Assembly: GCA_963665235.2 (NCBI GenBank)
Contig: CAXXLX010000001.1
Coordinates: 480,001-544,000 of the forward strand
Length of the DNA stretch: 64,000 bases
Direction: 5' to 3'
Origin: Candidatus Poribacteria bacterium
Lineage (GTDB): Bacteria > Poribacteria > WGA-4E > WGA-3G
In this document: positions 1 to 8,692 of the stretch, one piece after another
Position numbering within the stretch: the first letter of the stretch is position 1
Layout of the letters: every line of letters begins with the position of its first letter
Position numbers and translations under genes: made by a program
Notes under the pieces: model-generated
What the model was told of the DNA's origin: nothing
The model's database searches: none
What the model saw: the letters and a program-made list of their open reading frames with translations, nothing else

Positions 1-36
1 AGCACAACCTGGGCAGAAATTAAAAACGTCAGATAG

Positions 37-75
37 AAAGAAACGGGCGGGCCCCTCATACACCCGTTTTTCTTG
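37..75. terminator. Hairpin, probable intrinsic terminator downstream of the PhyH gene
   Basis: AAGAAACGGG...CCCGTTTTTCTT inverted repeat with A/T tracts. Confidence 0.5.
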
Positions 76-94
76 TCTCTCCGAAATTGCAATT

Positions 95-868
95 TTAGGC
101 GTTAGCAGCATCAACTGCCTTTTGAATGCCCGGCCATTCACGCCAAATATCGGTATACCCATCGTAACCGTTTTCCACACAATCAACATGACGGATACGA
201 AAAATTACCGCGTACCGAACATCAGCCGACGCATTTGGTGCCGCGGAGTGGACTACCTGATGATGTGTCAAAACGACATCGCCTGCCTTGCCGACTATTT
301 GTGTCGGGCCCTCAGGTAGCTCTGGACGCGGCATGCCGTCTGCTAAAACTTCATGCCCCTCTTTTCTGAAATAGTCTGCAAAAAAACTGTGCGATTTCGG
401 CCACACCGTGAAATTCCCGCTATACGGCTCCGGAACATCTGCCAAGTAAACAACCGCTAGCGCTGTGAACCCACGCCGGTACACACCCTTTTCCATACCG
501 TTGCTACCACTTCCAAGTCCATCGAGATGTCCGCGCGGTTCTTTCGCATCACGTGCCAGCGGCATCGGAAACCGAAGGGCTATCTGCGCCGCACCCGGCA
601 CCTGAACATTGCCTTCACCTAACAACCCCTCCGTTATGTTATGAATAGGCGTTTTACGAAAAATATCCACAATCTGCGGAGCATTCCGAATTTCGTTGCA
701 ATACGATTGTGCCCGAAACTTCTCAAGATCCCCTTCGTGCATACCAACTGCACCGATAGAATGGTTAATCATCTTCCGAGCAGCATCCACCATCAACTGT
801 GGTACAACCCCCCGGATTGTGATATACCCGTTTTCATAGAATTCCAACTTCTGTTTTTGCGTAAGCAT
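95..868 (-). CDS. Phytanoyl-CoA dioxygenase (PhyH) family Fe(II)/2OG dioxygenase
   Basis: FYENGY start, HxD (GHLD), PKSH, GDVVLTH..HS motifs; GGAGG RBS before ATG at 868. Confidence 0.85.
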   Translation of the reverse strand: MLTQKQKLEFYENGYITIRGVVPQLMVDAARKMINHSIGAVGMHEGDLEKFRAQSYCNEIRNAPQIVDIFRKTPIHNITEGLLGEGNVQVPGAAQIALRFPMPLARDAKEPRGHLDGLGSGSNGMEKGVYRRGFTALAVVYLADVPEPYSGNFTVWPKSHSFFADYFRKEGHEVLADGMPRPELPEGPTQIVGKAGDVVLTHHQVVHSAAPNASADVRYAVIFRIRHVDCVENGYDGYTDIWREWPGIQKAVDAANA

Positions 869-898
869 GTTTCTCGCCTCCCAGAGATTTTCTAATAA

Positions 899-1373
899 TA
901 CCATTTCTAATTGAAAATGTCTCTTTCTTGTAGCATAAACTTCCAGTTTGTGCTTTCTTGTAGCATAAACTTCCAGTTTGTGCTTTCTTGTAGCATAAAC
1001 TTCCAGTTTGTGCTTTCTTGTAGCATAAACTTCCAGTTTGTGCCGTTCTCCGTTTCATTTCTAACAACTTAATGGTGAATAATTAATACTTTCTTGTAGC
1101 TTTAGGTTTGATGTTGTGAAAATAAAGGGTGTGTCTTCCCCAGTATTTTTGTGCGCTTTTTGCTTGTAGCATACACCGAGGGTGGTAAGGCCCCGTGTGT
1201 GCTTCGGAGGCCAGTTCTGTACCGCCTTTCTTGTAGCATAAACTTCCAGTTTGTGCTTTCTTGTAGCATAAACTTCCAGTTTGTGCTTTCTTGTAGCATA
1301 AACTTCCAGTTTGTGCCGTTCTCCGTTTCATTTCTAACAACTAGTAATGGTAGAATAATTAATAAAAATGGTA
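899..1373. mobile_element. TACCATTT...AAATGGTA MITE (composite) with 4+3 tandem 30-bp REP units
   Basis: TIRs flanked by TAA on both sides; unit TTGTAGCATAAACTTCCAGTTTGTGCTTTC. Confidence 0.8.
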
Positions 1374-1382
1374 TAACGATAA

Positions 1383-1494
1383 TACCATTTCTAATTGAAA
1401 ATGTCTCTTTCTTGTAGCATAAACTTCCAGTTTGTGCCGTTCTCCGTTTCATTTCTAACAACTGGTAATGGTAGAATAATTAATAAAAATGGTA
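1383..1494. mobile_element. Minimal 112-bp TACC MITE with a single REP
   Basis: TAA|TACCATTT...AAATGGTA|TAA. Confidence 0.85.
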
Positions 1495-1727
1495 TAATAT
1501 CAAATATACCCTATTTAGACACTGCATTAAGCGAAAAGTTTATAGTATAATATCAAATATAAAAATCCACTACTAACCTTCCACCTCCCCGGCCCTGCCT
1601 CTCAAAAACAGTTGACATTTTTCAAGCATCTCGGTAAACTAAATCTGTCAACGCTAATTTTCTACTATCTTTTTACAGCGCAATGGACTCTAATATACAA
1701 AAATAGCATAAATAGGAGAAACTCAAA

Positions 1728-1964
1728 ATGATTACAATCCTTCTCATTGTTCTAATTGGGTGTGGAAGCATCGTGGTGACAGTGCTTGGATGTGTATGGA
1801 TGGGCACGTCCTACTCCGCAAAGAAACACGGCTTCCTCCAAGGTGCATCACAACGGGAACTGGAATCACTACAGCAACAGGTAACCCAGGTACGTGATGA
1901 AATTGATGCCCTGAAAAAACAGGTACAAGAACTCATCCAAGTTGCCAAAGGGATTGCCAAGTAA
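1728..1964 (+). CDS. Small single-TM coiled-coil protein
   Basis: AGGAG RBS, N-terminal hydrophobic helix, heptad C-terminus. Confidence 0.7.
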   Translation: MITILLIVLIGCGSIVVTVLGCVWMGTSYSAKKHGFLQGASQRELESLQQQVTQVRDEIDALKKQVQELIQVAKGIAK

Positions 1965-1977
1965 AGGAGGAAAACGT

Positions 1978-2259
1978 ATGACTATTTTCGGCTCTTTTGC
2001 CGTAACCGTCACGTTGATAGTTATGGGAACTATAACCGTTACAGTGCTGGTTGCTAGCAAGTTGATAACTGCACATCTTCTTAAAAAGAAGGGATACCGC
2101 CCGGACAAGGCAGCATCGACGTATCAACAGATACAAACAGATTTGGATCAGGCAGCTGCCGATTTAACGGACATTCGCCTCCAATTGGATGACGTGGCAC
2201 CGGCCCTACTCGATATGGAATTTTTGAAATACGCCCCAGATAACAAGGTGCCAGAATAA
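1978..2259 (+). CDS. Small single-TM coiled-coil protein
   Basis: AGGAGG RBS, same architecture as upstream gene. Confidence 0.7.
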   Translation: MTIFGSFAVTVTLIVMGTITVTVLVASKLITAHLLKKKGYRPDKAASTYQQIQTDLDQAAADLTDIRLQLDDVAPALLDMEFLKYAPDNKVPE

Positions 2260-2626
2260 CCTGCTAATTTGGCGATTAGCTCTTGGATCAGGGCTGTTAG
2301 CAAGAGATGAACCTAAGCCCTCTGACGCACGTCAGAACGCGTATTAGAATCACAAACCTCTTGCCAATTGCTAATTGCTAATTGCCAATCGCCAATGGAA
2401 TTTTTGAAATACGCCCCAGATAACAAGGTGCCAGAATAACTGCTGAATTGGCTGTTGGCAGTTGGCTATTGGAAAACAGAAGGCTCTGACGCGTGTCAAA
2501 AATCTGATTATAATCACAAAATCTTGCCAGGAGAGAAAATAATGAAAATCGCAGATTTTCATCTATTTCTCCTTTCTGCCATCTTGCCAATTGCTAATCG
2601 CCAATGAGCCAATCGCCAATCGCTAA
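2260..2626. repeat. Short heptamer-like repeats (GCCAATC/GCTAATT) plus a duplicated 3' end of the upstream gene
   Basis: GCCAATTGCTAATTGCTAATTGCCAATCGCCAAT tracts; about 2214-2260 repeated at about 2394-2440. Confidence 0.6.
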
Positions 2627-3822
2627 TTACCAATCAACCAACGATGAAACAGCACCTCCTTACGTCCAGGCTCAACAACCTGTAATAAAACCTCACCCCC
2701 CTCTAGAAAATCTACCGCCATGAAACCGGGATGCTGGTGTGCAAACAGTGTACTTTCGCCATTGCCGACGATTGTAGACTTCTCACTAGACGCAAGCCCA
2801 CTCACGAGCAGATAATCGGTAGTATCCCCCTCTAGAACTTGCAGCGAATGCTCATGTCCAGAGGCGTAAATTAAAAGCGGGGTCTTCTTCGCAGTTGAGA
2901 ACGCGGCATTGAGTTGTGAAACCATGTGTTTGTTCCGAACCCCGTTCATATCTTGTTCAGAGCGGACCAGATGCCACCGCCCCAGCGGATACAGCGAACC
3001 GATGAGGGGCATAGGCACCCAAAGCCATTTTTTCACAGTCCTAGCGGGGAAAAGGTGAACCTTCCAATCAAAAAAACCCCCATGCATACCGTAGGTTTCC
3101 AGCGGATGGTGCCCAACAACCATAACAGGCAATTCAGTGTCTAACATCGTTCTAAGTGAAGCTATAACCGCTTCCTCCGCTTCTTGCGGTTTTTCATATT
3201 TATGTAACCACCACTGCGTATCTAGCACGATAAGCCGGACAATAGGCGCGTCTGCCGGAAGATCAAGTCGGACGGGCCCCGGAAGACCACCACGCGGTAG
3301 GAAATTCGGTTCACGGGAGAGAGCATCGTTGATAAACCTCTCTTGTGCAAGAAGCGCGCTATACCCCGCCTTCCTACCGCCTGCCCAATCGTGATTACCC
3401 GGAATGAACAACCCATGTACCCCCGCAGCTTTGACAACTGCTAATTGTGGACCGAGCCGAGATTCCGCCTCGTGCCTCTTCCGGGCTGTCATCCCCTCCG
3501 GGTACATATTGTCGCCAAGAAAAACAGCACTCGTTTTTTCAGGCTCTTTTTCCGCCCACGCCTGGAGTGTTTTTAACACCGGTTCCCCCGGTTTCGGTTC
3601 TCCGCCGTCCCCAAGAAGTAGAACCCGATAGGCAAACGTGTGTTCCGTTACGACAGCCTGCCTCTCGGCAGCCGGAATTTCCGAACGGTAGTAGGGCGAA
3701 GTATGGCTACATCCCGCAATTGTGAGTTGCCCAACCTGAACAACAAACGCCAGTATAAAAATGCCCCAAAGGAGGTAAGAAGAATGTCCTCGGCGGGGCC
3801 TTAGATGTTTGTAAAATTGCAT
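2623..3822 (-). CDS. Calcineurin-like metallophosphoesterase, probably exported
   Basis: GDGG, GDNMY, GNHDW, GHHP, GHEH motifs; N-terminal hydrophobic segment. Confidence 0.85.
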   Translation of the reverse strand: MQFYKHLRPRRGHSSYLLWGIFILAFVVQVGQLTIAGCSHTSPYYRSEIPAAERQAVVTEHTFAYRVLLLGDGGEPKPGEPVLKTLQAWAEKEPEKTSAVFLGDNMYPEGMTARKRHEAESRLGPQLAVVKAAGVHGLFIPGNHDWAGGRKAGYSALLAQERFINDALSREPNFLPRGGLPGPVRLDLPADAPIVRLIVLDTQWWLHKYEKPQEAEEAVIASLRTMLDTELPVMVVGHHPLETYGMHGGFFDWKVHLFPARTVKKWLWVPMPLIGSLYPLGRWHLVRSEQDMNGVRNKHMVSQLNAAFSTAKKTPLLIYASGHEHSLQVLEGDTTDYLLVSGLASSEKSTIVGNGESTLFAHQHPGFMAVDFLEGGEVLLQVVEPGRKEVLFHRWLIGN

Positions 3823-3914
3823 TCGCTTTTAAGATTCCGTGAAGTAGTGGGTCCGGTTAAAATTCGTTTTTATGCCGCGCAGGACTTACGAAAATTTAGG
3901 CGATATCCTCGTTC

Positions 3915-3937
3915 GTAGGGGCGAGGTCCCCTCGCCC
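3915..3937 (+). repeat. GTAG-family REP hairpin
   Basis: GTAG-GGGCGAGG-TC-CCCTCGCCC. Confidence 0.7.
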
Positions 3938-3963
3938 ACTAGGTTTCCCTCTAAATCCGATTA

Positions 3964-5322
3964 TCATAAGGGTTCATCAACGCGCTGCGTAACTCCTGCC
4001 GCTATTAACTGCTTTATCCGAGCTACAATGCTGTTCAGTGGCACATTTTCCTGTTCTCTACTTGCCAAATCACGGATTGCAGCGTTCCCCGCAGCCAACT
4101 CATCCGAACCGAGGATAATAGCGTACGGAATGCCCTTTGCATCAGCATATTTCAGCTGCGTCCCAAGCCGGGCAGACTCAAAATAAACCTCTGTCCGAAC
4201 ACCCGCCTCGCGTAGAAGCATCGCCAGTTTGAGCGACTCTTCCATCAGGTCATCATCAAAAACTGTCATTAATACCTGCGTCACCGTCTTACCTACAGTG
4301 TCCGGAAACATGGAAAACGTCTCCATCACGTCAATAATCCGTTCAATGCCGAAACTTGTTCCGGTTGCGGGGTAGCTCTGCTTGCTGAAACTTCCGATAA
4401 GTTCATCATATCTGCCCCCTCCAGTGAGACTTCCGATTTTCAGTTCTTTAAAAACCGTTTCGTAAATCGGGCCGGTGTAGTATTCCAAACCGCGCACCAT
4501 AGCGACATTTACCTTGTAGCACGTGTCCGGCACACCGAGTATCGTGAGATAACGGATTAACTCGTTCAATTCAGCGATACCCGCCTTAGCTGCTGCTATA
4601 TGTCCGAGCTGCGTCTCAAGTTCACCAAGAACAGACTCTGGCGGTCCTTCAATCTGCAGCAGTGCCAGCAATTTCTCAATCACCGGCTCAGGAATCTCAT
4701 TTTCTTGCAACTCTGCAGTAACACCTTCCAATCCGATTTTATCCAATTTATCGATGGAACGATAGAGACCGCCAAGTTGTTCTGAAGGCACACCCGCGAA
4801 CTCCCCTATCCCCGTAATCAGTTTTCTATCATTGATAGCAATCTCAAATTGCATGAAACCGAGTCGGGAGAGCACCTGATATATGAGACTGACATTTTCC
4901 GCATCAGCTAACATACTCTCGCTGCCGACGGTGTCCGCGTCACACTGAAAAAATTGACGGTAGCGTCCCTTTTGAGGCCGCTCCGCTCGCCACACAGGGT
5001 CAATTTGGTACCGCTTAAACGGCTTTGGCAATTGTGGATACATAGCCACCACTCGACAGAGCGGGACGGAGAGGTCATAGCGGAGCGAGATATCCTCTTT
5101 CCCACCCGGGTGACCCGCCTGATAAATCAGCTTTTCTGCATCCGGACCGTATTTTCCATTGAGCACCTCAGATAATTCAAGTGCGGGGGTCTGCAAGGGT
5201 TCAAACCCAAATTCCTCAAATACTTCACGAATCTTATCTATAACGTACCGCCTCCGAATCATCTGCTCCGGTAAGATGTCTCGCATCCCACGCGGGACGC
5301 GCGGTTTAATAAAGGGTGCCAT
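3964..5322 (-). CDS. hisS: Histidine--tRNA ligase
   Basis: PRGMRD, LRYDL, WRAERPQKGRYRQFFQCDAD, RGLEYYTG, GGGRYD; C-terminal anticodon-binding domain. Confidence 0.95.
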   Translation of the reverse strand: MAPFIKPRVPRGMRDILPEQMIRRRYVIDKIREVFEEFGFEPLQTPALELSEVLNGKYGPDAEKLIYQAGHPGGKEDISLRYDLSVPLCRVVAMYPQLPKPFKRYQIDPVWRAERPQKGRYRQFFQCDADTVGSESMLADAENVSLIYQVLSRLGFMQFEIAINDRKLITGIGEFAGVPSEQLGGLYRSIDKLDKIGLEGVTAELQENEIPEPVIEKLLALLQIEGPPESVLGELETQLGHIAAAKAGIAELNELIRYLTILGVPDTCYKVNVAMVRGLEYYTGPIYETVFKELKIGSLTGGGRYDELIGSFSKQSYPATGTSFGIERIIDVMETFSMFPDTVGKTVTQVLMTVFDDDLMEESLKLAMLLREAGVRTEVYFESARLGTQLKYADAKGIPYAIILGSDELAAGNAAIRDLASREQENVPLNSIVARIKQLIAAGVTQRVDEPL

Positions 5323-5334
5323 AAATTCTCCTCC

Positions 5335-6105
5335 TTAAATGTGTCCAGGAAGTGTTTGACTTCTGCGCCGCCGCAATCCACTTGCCAACGTCTGCTTCAA
5401 TTCTTCAATCTTCTCGCGTTTCCACGAATCCTCAAGCGACTTCGGGTTTGCAATTAACGTCGATTCAGACTCACGCAGCACCTCAATAATTTTCAGATGG
5501 TTTGCCTTGAGCGTACGCGCTGAGCTGCAATTATCAATAATAGCATCCGCCTCCTCCGGCGGTTTTCCCTCTGTCGCCCCGAAAGACAGCATGAGTGTGA
5601 TAGGGGACTGGTAAGTACCGAGCGTGTTCAGACGTTTCCAAGGCGTTAGGATAGCGGGGGCAACACGGTTTTCAGTCTTTTCAAGGATATATTTCTCCGC
5701 TATGTTCAGATATTCGGTAGAAATACGGATGTTTCTATCAGCAAGGTTAACCAAATCCACGAACGTCTTAATGTCTTCTCGCTCCTCTCGAACCGCGAGG
5801 ACAATACTAACGTACCCATAAGCCAACGGCAGTATTTCCTCAACATCCGCATCCGTCTCTTCAACCCAATCCTGTCCTGTTATTCCCAAGTCGTAAAAAT
5901 TGTCCATGCCAACATAGACCGGAATCTCCTGGGGACGTGAAATTTTTATCTGGAATTCGTTATTATTGTGAAAGCTAGCACGATAGGACCGGTCGGTTGA
6001 CTTGTAACCGTTTATTTCGTAACCAGCACGTTGAAACATTTCAAGCGTCTCAGACTGTATAGTGCCTTTCGGCAAAAGTAAATTCAGCACTCTTTCTGTT
6101 TGCAT
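5335..6105 (-). CDS. hisG: ATP phosphoribosyltransferase (short form)
   Basis: LPKG, RPQEIPVYV, DLGITGQDW, TEY, GATE, TLKANHL. Confidence 0.9.
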   Translation of the reverse strand: MQTERVLNLLLPKGTIQSETLEMFQRAGYEINGYKSTDRSYRASFHNNNEFQIKISRPQEIPVYVGMDNFYDLGITGQDWVEETDADVEEILPLAYGYVSIVLAVREEREDIKTFVDLVNLADRNIRISTEYLNIAEKYILEKTENRVAPAILTPWKRLNTLGTYQSPITLMLSFGATEGKPPEEADAIIDNCSSARTLKANHLKIIEVLRESESTLIANPKSLEDSWKREKIEELKQTLASGLRRRRSQTLPGHI

Positions 6106-6136
6106 AATTAGTTTCCCCAATCCTTAAGTAAGGTAT

Positions 6137-6615
6137 ACTATAGTTTGGACAATATCCGTGAGCCGAATCCCCGCTTTCAAAGCCTCTCTGATTTTTCTCT
6201 AAGTGCCTCACACAAGGACAAAGAAGAGAAAAATGGTTTCCGCCGATGGGTCTTCCAAAGCGCGGTTTCCCCAGCGGGGCGGAATGGTTATAGAACGTGA
6301 GCTTGATAATAAATATCCGTTTGCTCTAAACCTTTTTCATCACGAAAAAAGCGGTGTAATTGTAGCATAAACTTCCTAGTTTGTGCTGGTTTTTGCTAAA
6401 ACTACCAGAGAACGCTCTAGGTCAAAACTTTTTTCAAACTCGCGTTTATAGAATGTTGGAACCCGTTGGCAGTTAGCAAGAAGGTTGTGATGCTAAGCCT
6501 ATCTCTGCTGCGCGTCAAAAACCTCTTCCCCGCTTCCACCCTTCCATTCTTCCACCCTTCCACCTATCCCTTTGACAAGAACGTTGTGCCTCCCTAAAAT
6601 TGTCCAAAGTTTAGT
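6137..6615. mobile_element. MITE with AC...GT ends and 7-bp TSD AAGGTAT (IS982-like ends)
   Basis: ACTATAGTTTGGACAAT...ATTGTCCAAAGTTTAGT; AAGGTAT at 6130-6136 and 6616-6622. Confidence 0.75.
6295..6445. mobile_element. Nested 151-bp MITE with 7-bp TSD TTATAGA carrying one REP
   Basis: ACGTGAGCTTGA...TCAAACTCGCGT; TSD at 6288-6294 and 6446-6452; REP at about 6362-6386. Confidence 0.75.
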
Positions 6616-6652
6616 AAGGTATAGGACATTTTTCTCAATATGCCTACCCCCT

Positions 6653-8086
6653 TTAAAGTTCCTCGATGGTGACTACCTCTGTGTCTTCAGTCTTCAAATC
6701 GATTCGCTGCATCGGCTGCGCTGATGCCAAGTGGAGCAGATAATCGTAATTCATTTTGGCAGCATATTCGTGTTGCGCCTGAATGTCGCGTTCCATCAGG
6801 TCCACCTCCACGCTTTTCCCGGCGCGTCTCAATTTTTCAGCGAGACGTTGCGCTTCCGGGATAAGCTCGGTAGAGGTTGTAGCGATAAAATAATCCCTTT
6901 TCGTCTGAACCGGTTCGCGTTGCGTTTCCGAGAACGCTTCCATGAGCGAATCGAATTGGAACGCAAACCCGGCTCCCGGAATTGGTGCTCCACCCAAACT
7001 CTCTATCAGGTGGTCATATCGTCCACCGCCACAAAGTGGAAGATGCCGCGCCGACAACTCAATCTGAAAAACCATCCCGGTATAGAAATCGAACCCCCGC
7101 GTGATGCCCAAATTGATTTCAAACGTCGTAATATCGGAATTTTCCAAACAAGCACAAAGCGTGAGCAGCTCTTCACGAACAGGTTCAGCTGTCCTACCAA
7201 GACGCGTTTCCCATGCCGCCATAACCGAATCCTTATCCCCTCGAATCTTAGCAACATCAATACACTGCTGCGCTATCTCTTCAGAAATATTGAAATATCG
7301 GGACCATCTCGCTTTATAGGTTTCCTCCGCAATCATCGGTAACCTCTCTGCCCAACTCGCAGCATTGTCCTCCGTTAGCTCCTGAACTGTATCCGCATTA
7401 ATCCTGTCCGCTCCTTGATAGTCGGGGCCTTGTAAACGGCGCAGAAAATTCAATTCATCCCGAACCGTTTCCGGCACCAAAAGTTCACTGTCCCCACGCA
7501 GCCGGGCGAGATGGTCAAGGTCTAATATCACTTCACTTTGGTCTTTCGGATTAGGCGTGACCTGTTTAAAAATCTCACGGAACACCCCGGTGTTCCCGAT
7601 TTTCAAAGTCGTTTGTGAGATGTTCAACTTCTCAAGAATCCGCATAGGAAGTGTAATAATCTCCGCGTCAGCAAGCACCGATGTTGAACCAATCAGCTCC
7701 ACACCTGCCTGCCGAAATTCCCACCGAACCTCCCGGTTATCCATCTTCGGCTCCCGCCGCACACACTGTCCGATGTAGTAAAGCTTATGCGGATAAGGCT
7801 GATGTTGTAGTTCTCCGGTGGCTACAATTCGGCAGACAGGGGCAGTCAGTTCAGGCCGCAGCGCGTAATCTACCCGGTCTGGCCCGACAAACGTAAACAT
7901 TTTATGACGTATCTCTTCGCCAGCCTGTACTGACAAAAGCGAGAACGATTCAAACAGCGGGGTCTGAACCTGCGCGTATCCGTAACTTTCAAATGTTTCC
8001 CGAACGATATTTTCAACGAAATTTCGCTGCACCATCTGTTCAGGTAAAAAATCGTTCGTTCCAGCCGGTTTCGTAAACTTTTCCAT
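6653..8086 (-). CDS. hisZ: HisZ-like ATP phosphoribosyltransferase regulatory subunit / HisRS paralog
   Basis: PAGTNDF, LRPELTAPV, EFRQAGVELIG, FYTGMVF, GGGRYD; directly upstream of hisG. Confidence 0.7.
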   Translation of the reverse strand: MEKFTKPAGTNDFLPEQMVQRNFVENIVRETFESYGYAQVQTPLFESFSLLSVQAGEEIRHKMFTFVGPDRVDYALRPELTAPVCRIVATGELQHQPYPHKLYYIGQCVRREPKMDNREVRWEFRQAGVELIGSTSVLADAEIITLPMRILEKLNISQTTLKIGNTGVFREIFKQVTPNPKDQSEVILDLDHLARLRGDSELLVPETVRDELNFLRRLQGPDYQGADRINADTVQELTEDNAASWAERLPMIAEETYKARWSRYFNISEEIAQQCIDVAKIRGDKDSVMAAWETRLGRTAEPVREELLTLCACLENSDITTFEINLGITRGFDFYTGMVFQIELSARHLPLCGGGRYDHLIESLGGAPIPGAGFAFQFDSLMEAFSETQREPVQTKRDYFIATTSTELIPEAQRLAEKLRRAGKSVEVDLMERDIQAQHEYAAKMNYDYLLHLASAQPMQRIDLKTEDTEVVTIEEL

Positions 8087-8137
8087 AGCCGTTTCTCCAA
8101 TAAACGTAAAAGACACTCCGTTGCTATAGCGTCCATT

Positions 8138-8226
8138 ACAAAAAAAAACCTAGTAAACATAGAGCTTCCTCACACAAGACACCGACAGTGCTGTGCAGAG
8201 AAGAGCGGTTAGTCTACCAGGGTTTC
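8138..8226 (-). terminator. Attenuator terminator of the his cluster
   Basis: Minus strand CCTGGTAGAC...GTTTACTAGG stem followed by a T9 tract. Confidence 0.65.
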
Positions 8227-8283
8227 AAGCAAGCTTCGCTTGCTCCGTATGTCCAGCTATCACATCATTCTAATCCGCCCTAC

Positions 8284-8331
8284 TCAGGAATGGAGTGAAT
8301 GGTGATGCTTGAGAAAAAATAACGTTAGCAT
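8284..8331 (-). CDS. hisL: His operon leader peptide MLTLFFLKHHHSLHS
   Basis: 15 codons with 4 His, between a consensus promoter and a terminator upstream of his genes. Confidence 0.8.
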   Translation of the reverse strand: MLTLFFLKHHHSLHS

Positions 8332-8379
8332 AGGTCTTCTTGTCTGTTTTTCTTCCAAAATAAAATTGAGTATATACCA

Positions 8380-8408
8380 ATTATACTCTATCTCAGCACA
8401 AAAGTCAA
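8380..8408 (-). promoter_or_regulatory. Sigma70 promoter of the his leader
   Basis: TTGACT-17-TATAAT. Confidence 0.75.
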
Positions 8409-8692
8409 ATTTTTTCTGAATTAGCGGGTGTGTAAGTTTCGCTCATGTAAAAAGTATGTGCGATTGCTTGTGATAAAGTCAATAGCCATGGGGATTAAAC
8501 TTTTTTAGCAATCATCCTTTACATTAGCCAATATTTTTTATGAAGAAAAATCAAACAGTTCGCAACTAACATAACAGCAACCAAAACATTTTTCGGAGGA
8601 AAGAAGCACGTTTTGCAACTAACCTGATTAACCACTGATAGCGAAAGTGTAACATTTCATTTTTTTGAAATCGTCCAAGGGGGGTGTAAACG

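Noticed and set aside
834-1461. ORFs with AQTGSLCYK / MLQGTNWKF repeats (also 23418-23843, 56094-56313)
   Set aside because: Translations of REP arrays, open in several frames, with no RBS.
6192-6235. CCTCACACAAG shared with 8168 as a his-specific regulatory motif
   Set aside because: The 6205 copy lies within a MITE and has a different structural context; likely coincidence.
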